NCBI GenBank assembly: GCA_050290185.1
Contig: JBNKHE010000005.1
Span: 64,001-128,000, forward strand
Reading direction: 5' to 3'
Source of the DNA: Pontiella sp.
GTDB taxonomy: Bacteria > Verrucomicrobiota > Kiritimatiellia > Kiritimatiellales > Pontiellaceae
DNA length: 64,000 nt
The notes under the pieces were generated by a model. The model saw only the letters and a program-made list of their open reading frames with translations. It did no database searches and was not told the origin of the DNA. Of this stretch, positions 57,279-64,000 are shown piece by piece. The position numbers and the translations under genes are program-made. Position 1 is the first letter of the stretch. The number at the start of each line of letters is the position of its first letter.

Positions 57279-58358
57279 ATGAAAAAAACAATACTGCACG
57301 CACAGCATCTTGAACTTGGGGCCCGCATGGGGGAATTCGGTGGATGGGATATGCCGATTCAATATGCCGGAATTCTGCAGGAGCACCATCATACACGATC
57401 TAAGGCATCCGTATTCGATATTTGCCATATGGGTGAATTCGAACTTTCAGGCCTGACGGCGTGTGGGGATCTTGAAATGCTCCTTACCTGCAATATTTCA
57501 TCATTACAGATTGGGCAGGTCCGTTATGGATTTATGCTCAATGAGAAAGGGGGAACCATCGACGATCTGACCTGCTACCGGTTGGAGTCGGAGCGCTACA
57601 TGCTCGTAGTAAATGCCGGAACGGCCGAAAAAGATGCGGAGTGGATTAAGGCGCACCTTTCTAAGGAAACCATTTTTGAGGACCGATCCGATTCTTTGGC
57701 CAAACTCGACATACAAGGTCCGGAATCACGTCATGCACTCGAAGACGTCTTGGGGTGCACATTGCCGGAATTGGGCTACTTTCGATTCAAGGAATTTGAT
57801 ACAGGGGGAGCCTCATGCATCCTGAGCAGAACCGGATACACCGGTGATTTTGGATATGAAATCTATTTACCAACTACGGCGGCACAGCAATTGTGGACAA
57901 AACTACTTACTCATGAATTGATAGAGCCCGCCGGATTGGGAGCGCGTGACACCCTTCGTTTGGAAATGGGATACCCATTATACGGGCATGAGCTGTCAGA
58001 AACCCGAACGCCGGTGGAAACATCGCGCGGCGCATTTATCAACACGGATAAAAGGTTCATTGGACGAGAGCAAGTTTCCTCTGACCTGGATAACCCACCG
58101 GCCTATCTGGTTGGCCTGATGTTCGATTCCAAGAGGGCGGCTCGGGAGCATGACAAGGTCTTTGTTAATGACCTGGAGATTGGTGAAGTGACCAGCGGAT
58201 CCGTGGCACCTAGTCTGGGTACTGCGGTGGCCATGGCATTTGTTAAGCCGGAATGCGCGGAAGTCGGAAAGACGCTCCTCGTCGATATTCGCGGAAAAAA
58301 GTTTCCGGCCGAAATTGTCGAACTTCCATTTTACAAGCACGGGACTGCCCGTAACTGA
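57279..58358 (+). CDS. gcvT: Glycine cleavage system aminomethyltransferase T
   Basis: FGGWDMPIQY, FDICHMG, SRTGYTG, GLGARDTLRLEMG. Confidence 0.96.
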   Translation: MKKTILHAQHLELGARMGEFGGWDMPIQYAGILQEHHHTRSKASVFDICHMGEFELSGLTACGDLEMLLTCNISSLQIGQVRYGFMLNEKGGTIDDLTCYRLESERYMLVVNAGTAEKDAEWIKAHLSKETIFEDRSDSLAKLDIQGPESRHALEDVLGCTLPELGYFRFKEFDTGGASCILSRTGYTGDFGYEIYLPTTAAQQLWTKLLTHELIEPAGLGARDTLRLEMGYPLYGHELSETRTPVETSRGAFINTDKRFIGREQVSSDLDNPPAYLVGLMFDSKRAAREHDKVFVNDLEIGEVTSGSVAPSLGTAVAMAFVKPECAEVGKTLLVDIRGKKFPAEIVELPFYKHGTARN

Positions 58359-58379
58359 TTAAAAACGAAAGAAAACAAC

Positions 58380-59729
58380 ATGAAGAAAACTCCGTTTTGT
58401 GCGACCAGTGAGCAGGATCAGGTCGCCATGTTCCAGACTTTGGGCATTGCTGATTTTGATGATCTTTTTGCTGCCATACCCGATGATCTGCGCTCCGATG
58501 AGCTTAATATTCCCGAAGGGCTTTCCGAGATGGAAATGATGCAACACGTCCGCAAGATTGCCCGGAAAAATTCAACCAACCTGGTCAATTTCTGTGGCGC
58601 CGGATTTTACGATCATTACATCCCGGCGGCAGTCAGCGCGTTGTCGAGTCGCGGCGAATTCTACACCGCGTATACGCCTTATCAGCCGGAAGCATCGCAG
58701 GGAACGTTGCAAGCCGCCTTCGAATACCAGACGGCCATCTGTCGGCTTACAGGAATGGAAGTGGCCAACGCCTCGCTGTTTGATGGAGGAACGGCGTTGT
58801 TCGAGGGCATCATGATGGCTTTACGTCATACGCGTAGAAACAAGGTTTTAGTCGATGAAGGCGTTAATCCGATCTACCGGGCTATGCTGCGTTGCTATAC
58901 CCAAAATCTGTCGGTCGACTATCAGGAAATCCAGCTATCGAAGAATGGCGTGGCGGATCGATCGGCCTATTCTTCTGCATTGGATGAGACGGTGGGTGCC
59001 GTCGTATTACAGAATCCCAATTTCTTCGGTTGTCTCGATAATCTCAGCGAACTGATCGAGCGTGTTCACGCCGTCAAGGCCCTGGCCATCATGTCGGTCT
59101 ATCCCATTGCCCTTTCCCATGTAGAAACTCCCGGGGCCATGGGCGCGGATATTGTGACCGGCGAAGGTCAAAGTCTTGGGCTTCCACTTAACTTTGGAGG
59201 CCCCTATCTTGGCTTTATGGCGACCAGTAAAAAGCTGGTCCGCAAGATGCCGGGACGCATCGTAGGGGAAACCACAGATGCGCAAGGTCGCAGAGGATAT
59301 GTGTTGACCCTGCAGGCACGGGAGCAGCATATCCGCCGGGAAAAGGCGACGTCGAACATTTGCTCGAATGTACAGCTCTGTGCGCTCAGAGCTATTATTT
59401 ATCTGTCGCTTGTCGGCCGGGAAGGTTTCCTGGAGGTCGGACGTGATTGCATGGACCGGGCCAGCTATGCGTGGCATAAGATCACCCGGATTCCCGGAGT
59501 CGAACCCGCGTTCAATCGCCGTTTTTTCAACGAATTTGCCGTACGCCTGCCGAGAGATGCGTCGGATGTAGTGAGTGCCATGGTTGACCAGGGTATCGCT
59601 GCCGGATTCCCGGTAGGTCGCTACTACGAAGGTATGGACAATATCCTGTTGCTGTCTTTCACAGAAAAGCGAACGAAGGAAGAAATCGATATCATGGTCG
59701 CCAAGTTGGAAAGCGCGCTGGGCGCATAA
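58380..59729 (+). CDS. gcvPA: Glycine dehydrogenase subunit 1
   Basis: TAYTPYQPEASQG, GGPYLG, REQHIRREKATSNICSN. Confidence 0.96.
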   Translation: MKKTPFCATSEQDQVAMFQTLGIADFDDLFAAIPDDLRSDELNIPEGLSEMEMMQHVRKIARKNSTNLVNFCGAGFYDHYIPAAVSALSSRGEFYTAYTPYQPEASQGTLQAAFEYQTAICRLTGMEVANASLFDGGTALFEGIMMALRHTRRNKVLVDEGVNPIYRAMLRCYTQNLSVDYQEIQLSKNGVADRSAYSSALDETVGAVVLQNPNFFGCLDNLSELIERVHAVKALAIMSVYPIALSHVETPGAMGADIVTGEGQSLGLPLNFGGPYLGFMATSKKLVRKMPGRIVGETTDAQGRRGYVLTLQAREQHIRREKATSNICSNVQLCALRAIIYLSLVGREGFLEVGRDCMDRASYAWHKITRIPGVEPAFNRRFFNEFAVRLPRDASDVVSAMVDQGIAAGFPVGRYYEGMDNILLLSFTEKRTKEEIDIMVAKLESALGA

Positions 59730-59741
59730 AGGATTTTTGCT

Positions 59742-61187
59742 ATGAAACTCATCTACGAAAAATCATCTCCGGGCCGTCCCGGGGTTCAAATGTCTTCGAT
59801 CAAGATTTCACCGTCGGAGGAAATCCCTTCGAAATATCTCCGAGGCAAACCGGCTGAACTTCCGGAGGTATCAGAAGCGGAAGTCGTCCGTCATTTTACG
59901 GCTCTGTCGCGCCTCAACTTTTCGGTGGATACCCACTTTTATCCGTTGGGATCCTGCACCATGAAATACAATCCCAAGGCGTGCGAGGCGGCTGCCAACA
60001 TGCCGGAGCTAACCGATGTTCATCCTCTATGGCCGCAGCTTCGCGGCGGAGGATTGCTGACCCAGGGCTCGCTAGCCGTTTTGTACAATACCGAGCGATT
60101 GCTATCCGAAGCTACGGGGCTGGACGAATTCACCCTTCAGCCCATGGCCGGCGCGCATGGCGAACTGACCGGCGTGATGATTATGGCGGCCTATCACAAG
60201 GACCGTGGAAACGAGAAGGACCACATTATTATTCCGGACTCGGCGCATGGGACCAATCCCGCGAGTGCTCAGCTGGCGGGTTATAAAGTTGTGACGATTC
60301 CCTCTGATGAAAAAGGCATGATGGATTTCGACCTTTTCATGGAAGCGCTGAACGAAAAAACCGCAGGCGTAATGCTTACCTGTCCGAATACACTAGGCGT
60401 GTTCAATACGCGAATACGCGAAATCTGCGACGCGGTGCACGAGGTGGATGGGTTGATGTATTATGACGGCGCAAACTTCAACGCCATCATGGGGCGCTAC
60501 AAACCCGGCGATATGGGCTTCGATATCTGCCACCTCAACCTGCATAAATCTTTCGCGACGCCTCATGGCGGTGGTGGCCCGGGCGCCGGGCCCGTGGGTG
60601 TCGTGGACAAACTTCGGCCCTATCTTCCTGTTTCGCGCGTAGTAAAAACCAATGACGGCATTTTTGCGCTCAACTATGATGAGCCGAAAAGCATTGGCTA
60701 TATCGCTCCGTTCTACGGAAACTTCGGGATCATTGCCCGGGCTTATGCCTACATGTTATCACTGGGACGCGATGGCATGCTGGGAACCAGCAACCGCGCG
60801 GTGCTGAATGCCAATTACCTGCAGGAAAAGCTGCGTCCCTTGTTCGGCGAGGAATATAAGGGACGATGCATGCACGAGTTTGTCTTTTCCGGGAAGTGCC
60901 TTGCGGAATATGGCGTACATACGCTTGATCTGGCCAAAGGCATGATCGACCGGGGGATTCATCCGCCAACCGTCTATTTCCCTCTCAATGTCCCCGAGGC
61001 CTTCATGGTTGAACCGACGGAAACCGAGGATCGGGATACGCTGGATCACTTCGTTGAGGTGGTGGAAGAGTTGTTCACTCTAGCTAAAACCGATGCGGAC
61101 AAGCTGCATGAGGCCCCTGTTTCAACCCCTGTTGGACGATTGGACGAGGTCAAGGCGGCCCGGGATATGCAGCTCAGTTTTTCGTGA
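59742..61187 (+). CDS. gcvPB: Glycine dehydrogenase subunit 2
   Basis: YPLGSCTMKYNP, SAHGTNPASA, HLNLHKSFATPHGGGGPG, EPTETE. Confidence 0.96.
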   Translation: MKLIYEKSSPGRPGVQMSSIKISPSEEIPSKYLRGKPAELPEVSEAEVVRHFTALSRLNFSVDTHFYPLGSCTMKYNPKACEAAANMPELTDVHPLWPQLRGGGLLTQGSLAVLYNTERLLSEATGLDEFTLQPMAGAHGELTGVMIMAAYHKDRGNEKDHIIIPDSAHGTNPASAQLAGYKVVTIPSDEKGMMDFDLFMEALNEKTAGVMLTCPNTLGVFNTRIREICDAVHEVDGLMYYDGANFNAIMGRYKPGDMGFDICHLNLHKSFATPHGGGGPGAGPVGVVDKLRPYLPVSRVVKTNDGIFALNYDEPKSIGYIAPFYGNFGIIARAYAYMLSLGRDGMLGTSNRAVLNANYLQEKLRPLFGEEYKGRCMHEFVFSGKCLAEYGVHTLDLAKGMIDRGIHPPTVYFPLNVPEAFMVEPTETEDRDTLDHFVEVVEELFTLAKTDADKLHEAPVSTPVGRLDEVKAARDMQLSFS

Positions 61188-61279
61188 CAATTTAAAATAC
61201 GCGGTTATTCTTCTGAACAAAAGACGACCATATTGGTCATTTATTCATAAGTTAGTAATAGTAACCTAGGAGTTCCAAC

Positions 61280-61501
61280 ATGAAGAAAACGATGAGTATT
61301 GCAATTGTTGCACTGATGATGGCTGGTTCCATGGCGTTTGCCTGCGATACCTGCGGGTGTAAAGAGAAGAAAGCCGAGAAGAAGGCATGTTGTACCGCAG
61401 AAAAAAAGTGCGACAAGTGCACTGCGGAAAAAGCTTGTGATTCTTGCGCCAAGAAAGCCGCTGAAGCGAAGAAGGCTGCGGAAGCTGACACAGCCGAATA
61501 G
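61280..61501 (+). CDS. Small secreted Cys/Lys-rich protein
   Basis: AGGAG RBS; signal peptide ending AFA; 9 Cys in CxxC/CC motifs; own terminator. Confidence 0.75.
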   Translation: MKKTMSIAIVALMMAGSMAFACDTCGCKEKKAEKKACCTAEKKCDKCTAEKACDSCAKKAAEAKKAAEADTAE

Positions 61502-61525
61502 TACGTCAGCATCTCTGAAAAATTC

Positions 61526-61555
61526 AAAGACCTCCCCGGCCGGGGAGGTCTTTTT
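61526..61555 (+). terminator. Rho-independent terminator
   Basis: AAAGACCTCCCC-GGCC-GGGGAGGTCTTT followed by TT. Confidence 0.85.
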
Positions 61556-61655
61556 CCGTTTCAACACGGTTTATACTGAAAAAGCAAAATGAGGGTTTGC
61601 CGCAAAAAGGGGCGCGCGGTATTCTCCATTCAGCTTTTGCAGTTTGGGAGGAGTT

Positions 61656-62045
61656 ATGGGGATCGATAAGGTGAATGATACCGGGGATCAAGGGACCGCC
61701 CCTTCAAAGTCCCAAAGAAACTGGGCCATGGGCTGCCACTTGGTTGGTTTGTGCGGCCTGCTTATTCCAAATATGGTGCTTGGATTGATTGGAACGTTGG
61801 TGTTGTGGCTTTTGAAACGGGATGAAGGAGCGTTTATAGACGACCAGGGCAAGGAAGCGTTGAACTTCCAAATCAGTCTGCTTATCTACACCGTTGCCTG
61901 TTTTATGTTGGCATTTATTGCTATCGGTCTGCTGCTACTGGTTCCACTGTTCATATTTGGATTTGTTTGCATCATTATAGCCGCAATCAAGGCGAGTGAA
62001 GGTGTGGAATTCAGATATCCAGCCTGTCTACGTTTTATTAAATAA
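61656..62045 (+). CDS. DUF4870 family membrane protein
   Basis: WAMGCHL, DQGKEALNFQIS, AIKA..G..FRYP. Confidence 0.88.
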   Translation: MGIDKVNDTGDQGTAPSKSQRNWAMGCHLVGLCGLLIPNMVLGLIGTLVLWLLKRDEGAFIDDQGKEALNFQISLLIYTVACFMLAFIAIGLLLLVPLFIFGFVCIIIAAIKASEGVEFRYPACLRFIK

Positions 62046-62068
62046 CCGAAATTGAGGATAATTATTAC

Positions 62069-62956
62069 ATGACCGCAAAAATTATTGATGGAAAACAGGT
62101 TGCAGCTGAAATCCGGGCGGAGCTGAAGGAGGAGGTTTCCGTTCTCAAGGGCAAAGGCATCGTGCCGGGACTGGGAGTTATTCTGGTAGGAGACGATCCA
62201 GCATCCAGATCCTATGTCACAGCCAAAGAGCGGGCGTGTGAGGATATCGGTCTGTTCTCCGATGATAACCGGCTTTCAGCCGAAACGACGCAGGAGGAAC
62301 TGCTGGCGTTGGTGGAGCGCATGAATCAGGATCCCAAGATTAACGGTATTCTGGTGCAGTTGCCGTTGCCTAAGCACATTGATGAAGCCGCCGTACTGCT
62401 GGCGATCGATCCCGACAAGGATGTGGACGGATTTCATCCAATGAATGTTGGCAAGATGGTTGTGGGCGAGAAAGCCTATCTACCTTGCACGCCCCATGGC
62501 GTGCTGCAATTGCTGAAGAGAAGCGGTGTCGAAACGAGCGGAGCACATGTGGTTGTGGTAGGCCGAAGCAATATTGTCGGTAAGCCTGTCGCCAACATGC
62601 TGTTGCAAAAGAAGGATGGTGCCAATGCGACTGTTACACTTTGCCATACGCGCACCAAGGATCTGGGCTATCATACCCGTCAGGCCGACATTATCATCGC
62701 CGCTTCAGGTTGGCCCAACACGATCACTGCGGATATGGTTAAAGAGGGTGCCGTGATCATAGATGTCGGTGTAAATCGGGTTGAGGATCCAAGCCGTGAG
62801 CGAGGCTATCGTTTGGTCGGCGATGTGGATTTTGACGCCGTGAAAGAAAAAGCCTCGCTGATCACGCCGGTTCCAGGAGGCGTCGGACCAATGACAATCA
62901 CCATGCTGCTTTACAATACCGTGGAGTCGGCCAAACGGGCCAACGGAATAGACTAA
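62069..62956 (+). CDS. folD: Bifunctional methylene-THF dehydrogenase/cyclohydrolase
   Basis: GILVQLPLP, KDVDG, PCTP, GRSNIVGKP, TPVPGGVGPMT. Confidence 0.97.
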   Translation: MTAKIIDGKQVAAEIRAELKEEVSVLKGKGIVPGLGVILVGDDPASRSYVTAKERACEDIGLFSDDNRLSAETTQEELLALVERMNQDPKINGILVQLPLPKHIDEAAVLLAIDPDKDVDGFHPMNVGKMVVGEKAYLPCTPHGVLQLLKRSGVETSGAHVVVVGRSNIVGKPVANMLLQKKDGANATVTLCHTRTKDLGYHTRQADIIIAASGWPNTITADMVKEGAVIIDVGVNRVEDPSRERGYRLVGDVDFDAVKEKASLITPVPGGVGPMTITMLLYNTVESAKRANGID

Positions 62957-62999
62957 ATCGATTATAGTTGGGGTAACTGAACGCAAAGAGGAGGACGTT

Positions 63000-63506
63000 A
63001 TGATCTCTAAGGAAATGGAGCACGCTTTAAACGAACAGGTGAATAAAGAATTTTATTCCGCCTACCTATATTTGGCCATGTCCGCTTATTGTACGAAAAT
63101 CGGCTTGCCCGGATTCGCGCACTGGATGCGTCTTCAATATGAAGAAGAGAATCTGCATGTTACCAAGATGTATGACTACATTCTGGATCAAGGTGGAGAG
63201 GTGCACTTGAAGGCGATCGAGGAACCTCAGAAAGAATATGGACCCCCCCTGGAGGTTTTCGAAAAAACGTTAGAGCACGAACAGTTCGTGACTCGTTCGA
63301 TCCATAATCTGATGAGTCTGGCGATCGATGAAAAAGACTATGCCACCCAAGCGTTCCTGCAATGGTACGTCACTGAACAGGTGGAAGAGGAATCCAATGT
63401 CCAGGATATCCTGAATCCGCTTAGGATGGTTGGGAGCGACAAAGGCGGTTTAATGATGATTGACCAGAAGCTGGCCGGAAGACCCGCTCCGGTTGTTGCA
63501 CCGTAA
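63000..63506 (+). CDS. ftnA: Non-heme ferritin
   Basis: LNEQVNKEFYSAYLYLAM, EEExxH, LEHEQFVT, FLQWYVTEQVEEE. Confidence 0.93.
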   Translation: MISKEMEHALNEQVNKEFYSAYLYLAMSAYCTKIGLPGFAHWMRLQYEEENLHVTKMYDYILDQGGEVHLKAIEEPQKEYGPPLEVFEKTLEHEQFVTRSIHNLMSLAIDEKDYATQAFLQWYVTEQVEEESNVQDILNPLRMVGSDKGGLMMIDQKLAGRPAPVVAP

Positions 63507-63521
63507 TAAAGGAGTCTTGCC

Positions 63522-64000
63522 ATGAAACTAAGAACTCTTGCCATCCTGTTTCTTTTAATCGGAATGTTCTCTCCTTCATTCGCGACTGCGGCGAAGGATA
63601 TCACACTCTTAATGATTCCCCGCGAGGACGCGCCCGTACGATTGGGAATGGATGTCGGAAATCGATACCCGACATTGTTGTTGAGCTACAAGGTGGCGTC
63701 CGACGGGGCGGTATCGCTCCATGGTTGGAGTGGTACAGAATGGGTGAAAGTTACGCTCGAAGCTTACGAGGAGGGCTCGTTTTTCCCGGCCGCACCCTCT
63801 TCCGCATTGATAGTTGAAGTGGAAGGTGAGGAAGTGCCCGAGACACTGATTCCCAGCCCGGCATGGTGCCCCGCAGTCTTCAAGATAACCACTTCGGAAA
63901 CTCGACCGTTGCTGCACCTGGTTGGGCATCATTACGACTTCAAATACAAGGACTGGAAATGGTTCGCAGAGAATTACCACGTTGCCATTAATGATATTAA
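63522..64000 (+). CDS. Secreted hypothetical protein, 3'-truncated by window edge
   Basis: AAGGAG RBS; MKLRTLAILFLLIGMFSPSFATA signal peptide; frame open to the window end. Confidence 0.7.
   Translation, partial: MKLRTLAILFLLIGMFSPSFATAAKDITLLMIPREDAPVRLGMDVGNRYPTLLLSYKVASDGAVSLHGWSGTEWVKVTLEAYEEGSFFPAAPSSALIVEVEGEEVPETLIPSPAWCPAVFKITTSETRPLLHLVGHHYDFKYKDWKWFAENYHVAINDI

Overview
Bacterial chromosomal window of moderate GC. Gene style and content suggest the PVC superphylum, probably Kiritimatiellota (Pontiella-like); this is inference only. In order it contains: a partial NUDIX gene, secreted proteins, ispA, a HAD-like gene and mazG; a ~17 kb LPS/LOS surface-glycan locus (nucleotide-sugar dehydrogenase, glycosyltransferases, FkbM, two ELM1/GtrOC1 genes, three sulfotransferase genes with one broken, msbA, lipid A acyltransferase, LptF/G) interrupted by a lexA/umuD-dinB cassette; ffs-dnaX-ybaB-recR, tRNA-Asn and sodA; tyrA-aroA-cmk-plsC; an RNA/DNA-metabolism cluster (recQ, DEAD box, two RNase H, RluA, rapA, RIO kinase) with accessory secreted proteins; proS-bamD-lptD; an SGNH pseudogene; folE-cstA and two paralogous sensor kinases; gcvT-PA-PB, folD and ferritin. 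No CRISPR array, IS element or prophage is visible. Most notable: (1) a tandem pair of histidine kinases with complementary defects, one keeping the phospho-His and the other keeping the ATP-binding boxes, suggesting an obligate heteromeric split kinase; (2) two tandem A-run slippery sites in dnaX, each followed by out-of-frame stops; (3) a perfect palindromic operator and a possible two-state RNA leader on the lexA-dinB cassette; (4) a sulfotransferase-rich LOS locus; (5) a beta-propeller fused to a single TolC-like repeat. All calls come from reading motifs by eye; no database searches were run.
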